Source: an uncultured Candidatus Binatia bacterium (lineage in GTDB: Bacteria > Desulfobacterota > Binatia > UBA9968 > JAJDTQ01). From it: 64,000 nt of DNA. The stretch is taken from positions 704,001-768,000 of the forward strand of contig OZ251459.1 in the NCBI GenBank assembly GCA_965242525.1, written 5' to 3'. The position numbers and the translations under genes were made by a program. Below, piece after piece: positions 19,506 to 29,522 of the stretch; positions within the stretch are counted from its first letter, which is position 1; each line of letters opens with the position of its first letter. The notes under the pieces are model-generated. The model did no database searches. It was not told the DNA's origin and saw only the letters and a list, made by a program, of their open reading frames with translations.

Positions 19506-20960
19506 TCAGAGCGCGTTGGATCGCCACAACTCCAGGCTGCGGAGGATGGCGCTCTCCAGCCAGGGGAGAAAACGCTCCTCTGCCTCCTGTTGCGATTCCT
19601 TGTAGTTGATCTGGAACACCTCGTCCGTCACCGGAGTCACCGGTCCGGGTTCGCTTTGCCCATCTCCCGTTTCCACCCGCTGGAACCAGGTGGCGGAACA
19701 GGCCAGCACTCCCCGGAACTCGTGTCCGACGCCATGGAACGCGATCAGCAGTTCCGTCTGGTTGGCGTTCCTGATGACCAAGCGCGACCATGCGCGGTAG
19801 ATTTGCGTGTTGACGAAATAACCCAGTATTTTTGCGGTCTCGATGATCTGGTTGCGATAGTAGTGGCTTCGTTCGTCGTCCACGGCGCTGTCCGCGGAGA
19901 ACTCGGCGTGCTCGAGAACGTCTTGCGTGGTCGCGCGTAGTTTGTCGGCCACTTCGTCGAGACGCCGTTTGGACAGGCGGCACAGATGGGCGGCGACGGA
20001 CTTCACGGATTCCTGCTCGGGCATGAGTGAATCCCGGCGTCTTGCCAACTGCCGCCCGATGGACTTGATGGCGTCATCCACGCGGCGGGATTCGAGCACG
20101 TCTTCGGAGATGCCGAGGGCGCCCATGAATGCGTCTTTTTGCAGGCCGGCAAAATACTCTACCAAATCCGCCAGGTTTCCGGCGTCCCCGGCTTCCAGGG
20201 CGTCGATATAGCGCGCCCGGTCCCGGTTCCGGACCACCAGCGGAAACCATCCTGCCTTGACGAACACCAGGGTCGCCAGGGCGCGGGCGATGCGCCCGTT
20301 GCCGTCCTGGAAGGGGTGTATCCGGGTGAAGCGATGGTGCAGCCATGCGGCCTCCACTTCCGGAGCGACGTCGCCGTGACCCAGATGCATTGCGATGAGC
20401 CGCTCCATCTCCGAGGCGACGTGTTCGGGCGGGCAGTAGTGGTGCACTGTTCCGTCGGGGCGCACAGGATTGTTGGGCTGGAGTTTGTAGTCCCCGCGGC
20501 GGAGAGGAACCCGTATCTCCCTGCCGAAGGCGTCCACGCCCTCCACCGTCTCCTGATGCCGCGTCATCAGGGCGTGCAACTCCTTGACGTAGCCGGTGGA
20601 CAGCGAGCGGACGCCTTTGACGAACTCGAACACGCCCTCTACCGCTTCTCGATGGTCCTCGATCATCGACACGACGGAATCCGGGTCCCGTGTGCTCTCG
20701 TGCGGAATCAGCGCGGCCTTGACGCCGTGCTCGATCAACAGTTCCGTGACGCCCCGATCGAGGGTGTAGAGCCGCTCGATCAACCCGGTCTCGATGGCCC
20801 ATTCGCGTTTCAGACGCTCCTCGAAGCGCCGGAAGGCGTCTCCCTGGGCCAGCCGTTGGCGCTGCTCCCGCCAGACTTGGGAGAGAGCGCGCAACTCGGC
20901 GCGGGCGAGTTGCGCGGGCGGCGTCTCGTAGTCCCGGATTTCCGTCCAGTCGTGCGCCAT
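19506..20960 (-). CDS. Fic family protein
   Basis: Canonical HPFQDGNGRIAR motif; AIETGLIE N-terminal motif. Confidence 0.9.
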   Translation of the reverse strand: MAHDWTEIRDYETPPAQLARAELRALSQVWREQRQRLAQGDAFRRFEERLKREWAIETGLIERLYTLDRGVTELLIEHGVKAALIPHESTRDPDSVVSMIEDHREAVEGVFEFVKGVRSLSTGYVKELHALMTRHQETVEGVDAFGREIRVPLRRGDYKLQPNNPVRPDGTVHHYCPPEHVASEMERLIAMHLGHGDVAPEVEAAWLHHRFTRIHPFQDGNGRIARALATLVFVKAGWFPLVVRNRDRARYIDALEAGDAGNLADLVEYFAGLQKDAFMGALGISEDVLESRRVDDAIKSIGRQLARRRDSLMPEQESVKSVAAHLCRLSKRRLDEVADKLRATTQDVLEHAEFSADSAVDDERSHYYRNQIIETAKILGYFVNTQIYRAWSRLVIRNANQTELLIAFHGVGHEFRGVLACSATWFQRVETGDGQSEPGPVTPVTDEVFQINYKESQQEAEERFLPWLESAILRSLELWRSNAL

Positions 20961-21229
20961 GGTGTTCAGGGTCTCCCTATAGCGCATCGCTACGGATGGG
21001 AGAAGACATTGCGCGGGCTTGGCCTCGACGGCGGCGTCGCACCACGCATCCCGGCCCCCGAACATCAGGAACGTCTGATCGATTCCGGCTGGAATTTCCT
21101 CTCCCTGTGGGAAAGCGCGTCCTTCGACTCTGCTCCGCTACGCTCAGGATGAATGGAGGACTTCGCTTCGCTACGCTCAGGACGAACGGGGTAATCGTTC
21201 AGAAATGGGGTAATCGTTCAGGGTTTCCC

Positions 21230-22339
21230 TCAACGGAACCCATGCGCCAGGATGGCCTGCAGGTCCGCGGCCGCGGCGTCCCGGAGTCCCATCCGTTCCA
21301 GGGTCAGGCCGTCGCGACGGTAGTCCCGGCGGTTGATTTCCGAGGCCAGGGTGACGAGGGCGTCGATGGCGGGGGTCTCGACTCCCAGGAGCCTGCCCAG
21401 TTCGGCCATGGGCACGAGGCCGTAGGCCACGTCTTCGTGCAGGTAGCGGTGGTCGTGGCTCGTGGGTGCGGCGATGGTCCGGTTGGGCCCGCTTTCCCGG
21501 ATGGCCCGGAAGACCGAGCCGCTTCGGAGGGCGGCTTCGGAGGTCAGCCCCGCGGCGTGGAAGATCTCGACGAAAGTGCGCTGCGGCAGGTCCAGCCCGC
21601 GCACGATGGCCAAGCGTTCCCGGTCCACCGCCTCCATGAGGCGCGCCACCGCGGGCGAGACCGCTTGCCCGTAGAACGACAGATCGCCGGTGTGCTGCTC
21701 GATCCAGCCCGCGTTGGCCACCATGCCCGCGGGATGCATGACGGCGTTGATGTTGGACAGGCCGGTCTCCATGACGTTCTCCGCGGCCGCCACGTTGGGG
21801 AACGCCGCGGCGACCTCGGGCAGGACGTCCGGCGCGAGCTCCCCGGGGAACGCCGCGCACAGGAGGTTCGTGGTGCGCCGATAGACCTCCACCCGGGCCG
21901 GGCCGGCCATGCGGCAGATGCAGGTGAGGGTGACCGTTTCGCAGCACCGCACCGGGCGCTCGCAGCCGGCCCGCCGAAGCTCGCGCACGAAGTGCAGGCT
22001 GCCCCCGGTCTGTCCCGGGTTCAGGTGCACGATGGGGTCCTCGCCCAGGAGCGGCGCCAGGGCGCGGGCCAGGAAGCCGTGGGCCACGGCCGGGACCGCG
22101 GCCACGACCAGGTCCGCGCCGGCCACGGCCTCGTCCAGCGCCGACGTCACCAACTGGGGGCGGGCGAAGGCCTCCCTGCCTTGCTCCACCAGCTCGATGC
22201 CGCCGCGGCGCCGGATGGGTTCCAGGGTCCGCTCGGAACGGGAATAGAGCCGGGTCTCGAACCCCCGGATGGCCAGGTCCGCGGCGGTGGCGCAGCCGCC
22301 GTTGCCCGCCCCGAGGACGGCCACCTTGCTGACGGTCAT
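21230..22339 (-). CDS. NAD/NADP octopine/nopaline (opine) dehydrogenase family
   Basis: VLGAGNGG, LNPGQTGG, NINAVMHP, HRYLHEDVAYGLVP. Confidence 0.9.
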   Translation of the reverse strand: MTVSKVAVLGAGNGGCATAADLAIRGFETRLYSRSERTLEPIRRRGGIELVEQGREAFARPQLVTSALDEAVAGADLVVAAVPAVAHGFLARALAPLLGEDPIVHLNPGQTGGSLHFVRELRRAGCERPVRCCETVTLTCICRMAGPARVEVYRRTTNLLCAAFPGELAPDVLPEVAAAFPNVAAAENVMETGLSNINAVMHPAGMVANAGWIEQHTGDLSFYGQAVSPAVARLMEAVDRERLAIVRGLDLPQRTFVEIFHAAGLTSEAALRSGSVFRAIRESGPNRTIAAPTSHDHRYLHEDVAYGLVPMAELGRLLGVETPAIDALVTLASEINRRDYRRDGLTLERMGLRDAAAADLQAILAHGFR

Positions 22340-22354
22340 GGCGGCGCCACGGAC

Positions 22355-23515
22355 TCAGCCCCGGTCCAGCCGGTAACGCTCCACCTTCTCTTCGTCCAGC
22401 TCGACGCCCAGCCCCGGCCGGTGGGGGACCTTGACCGCGCCGTCGGCGAACTCGAACGGCTCGGTGACGATGTCGTCCTTGTAGTAGATGCCCGCGGTGC
22501 GCCCCGCGGCTTCCGCGTCCGGGGTGGTGACCGGTATGACGCAGGCCAGGTTCACCGCCCCGGTGGAGGCGGCCAAGTGGACGTTGGCGGCGTTGCCCAC
22601 CCCCATCTCCACCGAGCCGTTGACGTTGCACGGGAACCCCGCGGCCTCGGCGATGGCGGCCACCTTCCTGGCCTTGAGCAGGCCGCCGGGCTTGGTTGCG
22701 TAGATGGAGATGATGTCCGCGGCCCTCTTCTCGATGATCTCCAGCACGTCCCAGGTGGTCCAGGCGCTCTCGTCGGCCATGATCGGCGTGTCCACTCTCC
22801 GGGTGACCTCGGCCATGGCGTCCAGCCCCTCCACCGGTTGCTCCATGTAGAGTATGCCGTATGGCTCCATGGCCCGGGTGGTCTGCACCGCTTCCTTGGC
22901 GGACCGGTAGCCGTTGTTGGCGTCCACGGTCAGGTTCATCTCCGGTCCCAGCGCTTCCCGGACGCGCCGGAGCAGCTCGACGTCCCGCCCAGGCTCCACG
23001 CCTCCCTTGAGCTTGATGGTCTTGATCCCTTCCGCCTTCACGCGCAGCACTTCGTCCACCGCCTCGTCCATGTCCATGAGCCCGATGCTGTGGGAGACGG
23101 GGACCGATTCCCGGTACATCCCTCCCAGGAGCTGGTAGGCCGGCACTCCCGCGGCCTTGCCCGCCACGTCGTGGAGGGCCATGTCGATGGCCGCCTTGGA
23201 GTAGGGGTATCCCTTGACGGCCCGGTCCATCAGGGTGTGGAGCCACTCGATGCGCCGCGGGTCCTCGCCCGCGAGGCTCGGCGCCAGGATGTCCCGGATG
23301 ACGTTGGCCGCGGAGGAGGGGGTCTCGCCGTAATACCGCATGTGGTCGCCGCCCCAGTCCTTGAGGGCCGGGGCTTCGCCCAGGCCGGTCCAGCCGTCGT
23401 CGGTCTCCAGCCTGACCAGGAGATAGACGCCGATGGGCGTCTTGAGGTTCGCCCACTGGTGGGGCCGCCGCGTCGGCAGCCTGACGGGGATGGTCTCGAT
23501 GGACTGGATCTTCAT
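22355..23515 (-). CDS. enolase superfamily, muconate cycloisomerase/epimerase subgroup
   Basis: KLK, VDAN, MEQP and ADES motifs. Confidence 0.88.
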   Translation of the reverse strand: MKIQSIETIPVRLPTRRPHQWANLKTPIGVYLLVRLETDDGWTGLGEAPALKDWGGDHMRYYGETPSSAANVIRDILAPSLAGEDPRRIEWLHTLMDRAVKGYPYSKAAIDMALHDVAGKAAGVPAYQLLGGMYRESVPVSHSIGLMDMDEAVDEVLRVKAEGIKTIKLKGGVEPGRDVELLRRVREALGPEMNLTVDANNGYRSAKEAVQTTRAMEPYGILYMEQPVEGLDAMAEVTRRVDTPIMADESAWTTWDVLEIIEKRAADIISIYATKPGGLLKARKVAAIAEAAGFPCNVNGSVEMGVGNAANVHLAASTGAVNLACVIPVTTPDAEAAGRTAGIYYKDDIVTEPFEFADGAVKVPHRPGLGVELDEEKVERYRLDRG

Positions 23516-23548
23516 CTTCGCTCCGATGGGCGGGTCCGCTCGCCGCGG

Positions 23549-24661
23549 TCAGCCGACCTCCATGAGCCTGTCGGTGGCGGTGACGTCCGAGAGCAGCTCG
23601 CACCCGTCCCGGGTCACCAGCAGCATGTCCTTGTTCTGGAGCCCCATGCGCCCGGGGATATAGACCAGGGGCTCGATGGCCAGCACCATGCCCTGCTCCA
23701 GCGTCTTCTCGCCGTACCGCCCCAGGTAGGGTTCCTCGTGGAGGAACACGCCGATGCCGTGGCCCACGAAGCTGATGGGCGCCAGGCCCAGCTCGTCGAA
23801 CTTCTCCAGGAACCGTTGGTACACGGCCCTGGCGTGGGCCCCGGGCCGGACCAGGTCCATGACCAGACGCTTGCACTCGATCAGGTTGTCCCAGATGCGC
23901 GCCTGCTCCGGGGTCGGCCGGCCCACCACCGCGGTGCGGCACACGCCCGCGTGGTAACCGTCGATGACCCCGAAGACCTCCATGCGGATCAGGTCCCCCT
24001 CCCGGAGCGTCCTGTGGGTGGGACCCACGTTGGGGAACTGGCTGCGCTCGCCCGAGGCCACGATCAGGAGCCGGAAGTCCTGCGCCCCCAGGGAAAAGAG
24101 CCGGCCCGTGAGCTCGCCGGCCATCTCCAACTCGCTCATGCCCGGACCACCGCGGGCCAGGGTCTCGCCGATGGCCCGGTCGGTGATGCGGCTCAGGGTG
24201 CGCAGCCGCTCGACCTCCCGCTCGGTCTTGACCTGGCGGAGGTCCCGGAACAACTCGTCCGCGGCCACCAACTCGGCCCCGGGCAGTCGGCGGCGCAGGG
24301 TGGCGAAGTCCCCCGCGGGCAGGTGCTCCATCTCCACGCCGACCGCGCCCGCGGCCAAGCCCCGGTCCTCCAGGGCGTCGGCCGCCTCCTGCATGGGATC
24401 GTCCATGAACTCCCGGTAAACCCGTATGTCGTCGAAGGCGGCGTGGGCCCTGACCGTGGTCTCCTCCATGTCGATGGCCACCATGGTGGTGTGGCCGGAC
24501 GGCTCCACCATGCACAGGGCGTGACGCCAGCGCATGAGTCGTTGCGAGGGCGCCACCAGACCCGCGGTGTACGTCAGGTTCTCGGGCGAGCTCGCGACCA
24601 GAGCGTCCAACCCCCGCTCCGCCATGGCCTTCCGCTGCTTGGCAATTACGTCGTCGTCCAT
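23549..24661 (-). CDS. M24 family (Xaa-Pro peptidase/creatinase-like) hydrolase
   Basis: GHGIGVFLHEEP, GMVLAIEP; the metal-ligand Asp positions look altered (RMEVFG, YHAGVCRT). Confidence 0.85.
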   Translation of the reverse strand: MDDDVIAKQRKAMAERGLDALVASSPENLTYTAGLVAPSQRLMRWRHALCMVEPSGHTTMVAIDMEETTVRAHAAFDDIRVYREFMDDPMQEAADALEDRGLAAGAVGVEMEHLPAGDFATLRRRLPGAELVAADELFRDLRQVKTEREVERLRTLSRITDRAIGETLARGGPGMSELEMAGELTGRLFSLGAQDFRLLIVASGERSQFPNVGPTHRTLREGDLIRMEVFGVIDGYHAGVCRTAVVGRPTPEQARIWDNLIECKRLVMDLVRPGAHARAVYQRFLEKFDELGLAPISFVGHGIGVFLHEEPYLGRYGEKTLEQGMVLAIEPLVYIPGRMGLQNKDMLLVTRDGCELLSDVTATDRLMEVG

Positions 24662-24874
24662 GGGGTCACCATCGCCGGCGTCCTTCGACTTCGCTTCGCT
24701 ACGCTCAGGACGAACGGGAATTTTCCCGTTTCTATGCCTCCTTCGATTCCGCCTCGCTACGCTCGATACGAACGGGAATCTTCCCGTTGCTAGGGGTCCT
24801 TCGACTCCGCTTGCGCTGCGCTGGGACGAACGGGGAGCCGTGGTTCAGGGTTCCTTTACAGCAAGGTTTCCTTC

Positions 24875-25074
24875 GGGAACCTCTGAACGATCGAGACATC
24901 CAGGATGGATTCCCTCTCCTGACCCCTGTCTCCGTTCGTCCTGAGCGTAGCGCAAGCGGAGTCCTCCGTTCATCCTGAGCGTAGCGAAGTGGAGTCCCCC
25001 GTTCATCCTGAGCGTAGCGAAGCGGAGTCGAAGGACGCGCTCATGCCCCTTGTCCCGATTTTCCAGAGGTTTCC
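24875..25074. mobile_element. ~200-bp MITE-like element with terminal inverted repeats, containing family A REP units
   Basis: GGGAACCTCTGAACGATCGAGACA...TGTCCCGATTTTCCAGAGGTTTCC; inverted sister copy at 27475-27676. Confidence 0.65.
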
Positions 25075-25226
25075 TTTACAACATCGCGGCCCTGCTGCCT
25101 ATCCGCGTCCGCGCCTTGCCGAACCCTTCTCAAAGCGCGTCCGATCGTATAGGGAAGGAAGGGTGGCGGGTCGGCGTCGCGCGGGCCGGCCGCACAGTTC
25201 ATCCGCGGGGAGGGAAACAACGGGAA

Positions 25227-26315
25227 ATGCTGCTCATCAACAACCGGGAAGTGGAAGAGCTGATGGACATGAAAGCCTGTCTCGAAGCGTTGGAGACGGG
25301 CTACGACGACCTCGCCCGCAACGACGCGGTCTATCGCCCGCGGCTCGACGTGTGGGCGCCCTGCGAGCGTCCGGACGGGTATTACCGATGGGGCACCATG
25401 GAGGGGGCCAGCCGCACGATCGGCACGTTCGCCATCCGCATGAAGTCGGACGTGGTCCATTGGCCCGGCGGCGACACCGAGGAGAAGTACTGCATGGAGC
25501 CGGGCAACTACTGCGGCCTCATCATGGTGTTCCGCATCGCCAACGGCGAGCCCCTGGCCATCATCAACGACGGCGTGCTCCAGCACATGCGGGTGGGGGG
25601 CTGCGCCGGGCTGGGGGTGAAGCACCTGGCCCGGGAGGACGCCGCGGTGGTGGGCATGTTCGGCTCGGGGGGCATGGCGCGGACCTACCTCATGGCGTTC
25701 CACGAGGTCCGCTCCCTGGAGGAAGTCCGGGTGTACAGCCCCACCCGGGCCAACCGGGAGGCCTACGCCAACGAGATGGGCGAGAGCCTGGGCATCAAGG
25801 TCGTGGCGGTGGACCGGCCGGAGGACGTGGTGCGGGGCGCGGACATCGTGTCCGCCTGCACGGACTCCACCCGGGTGGTCTTCGACAACCCCGAATGGCT
25901 CAAGCGCGGCGCCCACATCACCTGCGTCCGCTCGTGCGAGATCGGTCCCCGGGCGGTGAAGGCGTGCGACGTCTCGGTCAAGCTCGGACGCAACACCATG
26001 GTGCAGCTCGACGAGGGCATGGTGCGGCTCCACGGGAACGTGGGCTACGTGGCCGGACAGCCCGAGGAGATCGCGCGCATCCCCAACCCCACGGTGGACA
26101 ACTACACCGGGGACTACTTCGACTACTTCATGGACGTGAAGCTCGGCCGGAAGCCGGGGCGCACCAGCCCGGACCAGACCACTTTCTTCATCAACGCGGG
26201 CACCCAGGGGCTCCAGTTCGCGGCGTGCGCGGGGCGCGTCTATCAGATGGCCCGGGAGAAGGGCGTGGGGCGCGAGCTGCCCACCGAATGGTTCACCCAG
26301 GACATCCGGGACTAG
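25227..26315 (+). CDS. ornithine cyclodeaminase/mu-crystallin family protein
   Basis: MRVGGCAGLG, GSGGMA, VYSPTRANRE, GTQGLQFAA. Confidence 0.88.
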   Translation: MLLINNREVEELMDMKACLEALETGYDDLARNDAVYRPRLDVWAPCERPDGYYRWGTMEGASRTIGTFAIRMKSDVVHWPGGDTEEKYCMEPGNYCGLIMVFRIANGEPLAIINDGVLQHMRVGGCAGLGVKHLAREDAAVVGMFGSGGMARTYLMAFHEVRSLEEVRVYSPTRANREAYANEMGESLGIKVVAVDRPEDVVRGADIVSACTDSTRVVFDNPEWLKRGAHITCVRSCEIGPRAVKACDVSVKLGRNTMVQLDEGMVRLHGNVGYVAGQPEEIARIPNPTVDNYTGDYFDYFMDVKLGRKPGRTSPDQTTFFINAGTQGLQFAACAGRVYQMAREKGVGRELPTEWFTQDIRD

Positions 26316-26329
26316 CGGGGCGCGGCCGC

Positions 26330-27457
26330 CTGCCCGCGGCGCGCTTCCTCGTCGTGGTCCTTGCCGCGCTGCTCGGCGGCTGCGGGTTGGCGCAGCCGCC
26401 TGCGGCCCCGAAGGCGCCGGAGGAAGTCGGCGACGACCTGGACGCCCGGTCGCTGCGCACGGCCGTGGTCGAAAGCCTGCGGTTCCTCGACCGCGTGCCT
26501 CCGGGACGGCTCCTGAGCCAATGGCCCCGGAGGACGACCGCGGCGGACGTGCGGGCGACCCTGACGGAGTTCCTGGAGATCCTGGACGAGCCGCGGGAAC
26601 CGGGGGCGAGTTGGGCGGACCGCGCGGCGGAACGGTTCGAATTCTTTCCCGCTCCGCTGGGTCCCGCCCGTGCGGACCCGCTGTTCACCGGCTACTACCA
26701 GCCGGTCATCGACGCAAGCCCGGTGGAGACCGACGGTTACCGCTACCCCGTGTACCGGGAGCCGGACGAGCTGCGCGCCGGTTCCGGTTCGGCGGGCAAG
26801 GCGCCGGGGTACTCCCGCCGCCACATCGACGTGCTGGGGAGCCTCCGGGGCAAGGGTTACGAGATCGCCTGGCTGCGGGACCCGGTGGACCGCTTCTTCC
26901 TGCACGTCCAGGGATCGGGGCTGCTGCGCATGACCGACGGGCGCGAGACCCCGCTCAACTTCGCCGCCTCCAACGGCAGGCCCTACACCAGCATCGGCAA
27001 GGTCCTCATCGACGAGGGCAAGCTCGACCGGGAGTCCATGTCCATGCAGCGGCTCCGCCGTTACCTCGCGGAGTTCCCGGAGGAGCGCGAGGCCTTGTTC
27101 GCGCGCAACGAGCGCTACGTCTTCTTCCGGCTGGGGGAGGAGGGACCCATCGGGAGCCTCGGCGTCCCCCTCACCGCCGGGCGCTCGGTGGCCACGGACC
27201 CCACGGTCTATCCCAGGGGCGCGCTCCTGTTCATGGAGACCGGGACCCCGGTGGTGGACCGGCGCGGGGAGCTGGCGGGTTGGCGCCCGGTGCGGCGGTT
27301 CGTGCTCAACCAGGACACGGGCGCGGCCATCCGCGGTCCGGCCCGGGTGGACCTCTATTTCGGAAGCGGCCCCGCGGCGGGGGCCCGGGCCGGGTACATG
27401 AAGAGCAGGGGAAAGCTCTATCTCCTGGCGAAGCGAGGACCGGCGCCGTCCGGTTGA
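26330..27457 (+). CDS. mltA: membrane-bound lytic murein transglycosylase A (lipoprotein)
   Basis: LGGC lipobox; FTGYYQP, FFLHVQGSG, QDTGAAIRGPARVDLYFG (3D domain); start approximate. Confidence 0.88.
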   Translation: MPAARFLVVVLAALLGGCGLAQPPAAPKAPEEVGDDLDARSLRTAVVESLRFLDRVPPGRLLSQWPRRTTAADVRATLTEFLEILDEPREPGASWADRAAERFEFFPAPLGPARADPLFTGYYQPVIDASPVETDGYRYPVYREPDELRAGSGSAGKAPGYSRRHIDVLGSLRGKGYEIAWLRDPVDRFFLHVQGSGLLRMTDGRETPLNFAASNGRPYTSIGKVLIDEGKLDRESMSMQRLRRYLAEFPEEREALFARNERYVFFRLGEEGPIGSLGVPLTAGRSVATDPTVYPRGALLFMETGTPVVDRRGELAGWRPVRRFVLNQDTGAAIRGPARVDLYFGSGPAAGARAGYMKSRGKLYLLAKRGPAPSG

Positions 27458-27474
27458 ACGGCGCCGCGGCTTGG

Positions 27475-27676
27475 GGGAACCTCTGAACAATCGGGACAGG
27501 TGGCATGAGCGCGTCCTTCGACTCCGCTCCGCTACGCTCAGGACGAACGGAGGACTCTGCTACGCTACGCTCAGGATGAGCGGGGGACTCCGCTCAGCTA
27601 CGCTCAGGATGAACGGGGGATAAGGGGTCAGGATGAGGGAATCCATCCTGGATGTCCCGATTGTTCGGAGGTTCCC
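27475..27676. mobile_element. MITE-like element, inverted copy of 24875-25074
   Basis: GGGAACCTCTGAACAATCGGGACA...TGTCCCGATTGTTCGGAGGTTCCC. Confidence 0.65.
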
Positions 27677-27701
27677 CTGGTAGAACGACAGGGAGGTTGC
27701 A

Positions 27702-28790
27702 ATGGCACAAGTCTTGTTGCTGGGACCCGATGACATGAGCGGGCTCATCACCATGAAGGAAGCGGTGGACGCCATGGAGCGGGGGTACCGGGACTGGGCG
27801 GCGAACCGGGAGGTGGCCGCGGTGCGGCGGCGGGTGCACGCGCCATCCGGGGCCCGGGTCACGGTGCACCAGGGCGCTCCGTACTCCGCGGGCTCCACCG
27901 GCATACTGACCCACTGCGAGCAGGTGGTGATCCACGACGACGGCATCCAGACCTACGCCACCCGGGGGCGGCCGGTACGGGTCATGTTCGACTCCGGCAA
28001 CTCCGAGCTCAAGGCCATCACCGTGGGCGAGCTGCGGGTCCGGGAATTGCCCGAGGCCAACAACGTGGTGAACGTGCAGACGGCGTGCTCCACCGCGGTG
28101 GGCATCAAGCACTTGGCGCGCCAGAGCTCCAGGGTAGTCGGCGTGCTGGGCTCCCGGGCCCAGGCCGAGTGCCAGTTGACCGCGTGCAAGGCGGTGGTTC
28201 CGGGCCTGCAGGAAGCCCGGGTCTATAGCCCCAACCCGGACAACCGCACCCGGTTCGCCGCCAGGATGACCGAGCTCCTGGACATGGAAGTGCGGCCGGT
28301 CAGCACCTCGCGCGAGGCGGTGCAGGGGGTGGACGTGCTGCTGTCCGTGACCAACTCCAACGTGCCGACCTTCGAAGGCGACTGGCTCGAGCCGGGGGCG
28401 CACCTGTGCTCTATCGTCTCCAGCAACATCGGCCTGTTGCGCGGCGGCTTCATCCGGCAGAAGCGGCGCGAGGTGGACGACGCCACCCTGAAGCGCTGCG
28501 ACATCATCGTCTGCAACTCCAAGAAGCAGGAGATCCTGGACGAACCCGGAGTCCTGTGGGACCCGGTCCAGCAGGGCGTCATCACCTGGGACGACGTGTG
28601 GGACCTGGGCGAACTGCTGGCCGGACAGGTCCCGGGCCGGACCTCGGAGGAGCAGATCAGCTTCTACAAGAACAACGCCTTCTGGGGCGTGGGCGACCAG
28701 GCCATCGGCCAGCTCCTCTACGACCGTGCGGTGGAAAAGGGGCTGGGCACCTGGCTGCCCATCGACGGCGCCGAGTACCGGGAGTCGTAG
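27702..28790 (+). CDS. ornithine cyclodeaminase/mu-crystallin family protein
   Basis: VLGSRAQA, VYSPNPDNR, PGRTSEEQISFYKNN. Confidence 0.88.
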   Translation: MAQVLLLGPDDMSGLITMKEAVDAMERGYRDWAANREVAAVRRRVHAPSGARVTVHQGAPYSAGSTGILTHCEQVVIHDDGIQTYATRGRPVRVMFDSGNSELKAITVGELRVRELPEANNVVNVQTACSTAVGIKHLARQSSRVVGVLGSRAQAECQLTACKAVVPGLQEARVYSPNPDNRTRFAARMTELLDMEVRPVSTSREAVQGVDVLLSVTNSNVPTFEGDWLEPGAHLCSIVSSNIGLLRGGFIRQKRREVDDATLKRCDIIVCNSKKQEILDEPGVLWDPVQQGVITWDDVWDLGELLAGQVPGRTSEEQISFYKNNAFWGVGDQAIGQLLYDRAVEKGLGTWLPIDGAEYRES

Positions 28791-28925
28791 CCCCGGCGGC
28801 CGAGGCCCGTGCGCGACAACCGTCCGAATCCCCGTTCGTCCTGAGCGTAGCGAAGCGAAGTCGAAGGACGCGCTTTCCCATGGGGAGCGGGAAGTCGAGC
28901 CGGAATCGAACAGACGTCCCCGAAC

Positions 28926-29522
28926 CTAACGCACGTTCCAGAGCTTGTGTTGCTGCACGGACAGGCGCCACGGGGGGTGGTCCCGGACCAGTCGGAGGCA
29001 CCATTCGAGGGTCCTGGCGTCCAGATGGCTGCCGTCGAACGCGGGGGAGATGAGGTAGTGGTCGGCTTTCACTACAGTCCTCGGAATGCCCTGGCCGTGG
29101 GCGCGCACGTACTTGACCTCGTGGGCCACGCGCTGGCGGACGCAGTGCTCCGCCACCTTGGGCGACACGGTGATCCAGTCGATGCCCGGCGGAAGCTCCA
29201 CCGTGCCGTTGGTCTCCACCGCGAGCCGGTAGCCCTGCTCGTGGAGGTACTCCACCAGCGGGGCGTCCACCTGTTGGCCGGGTTCGCCTCCGGTGAGTAC
29301 GATCCAGGAGCATTGGGGCGCCAGCTCCCGCAGGTAAGCGACCATGGCCACCGCGGTCCAGCGCTTGCCGGAGACGAACTCGGTGTCGCAGTCGAACCCG
29401 TGGGTCTGTGCGGCGCACCGCAGGTTGCACCCCTGGAACCGCAGGAACAGGTTGGCGGTGCCCGCCCGCACGCCCTCCCCCTGGAGCGAGTAGAACATCT
29501 CGTTCACGCGGTAGGTCTTCAC
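28926..29522 (-). CDS. queE: 7-carboxy-7-deazaguanine synthase (radical SAM)
   Basis: EMFYSLQGEG, CNLRC...CDT, LTGGEP, ETNGT, VSPK; GTG start overlapping queD. Confidence 0.92.
   Translation of the reverse strand: MKTYRVNEMFYSLQGEGVRAGTANLFLRFQGCNLRCAAQTHGFDCDTEFVSGKRWTAVAMVAYLRELAPQCSWIVLTGGEPGQQVDAPLVEYLHEQGYRLAVETNGTVELPPGIDWITVSPKVAEHCVRQRVAHEVKYVRAHGQGIPRTVVKADHYLISPAFDGSHLDARTLEWCLRLVRDHPPWRLSVQQHKLWNVR

Noticed and set aside
20996-24793. 1265-aa + strand ORF and 1112-aa alternative-frame ORF
   Set aside because: Shadow ORFs of three real minus-strand enzymes in high-GC DNA; no motifs.
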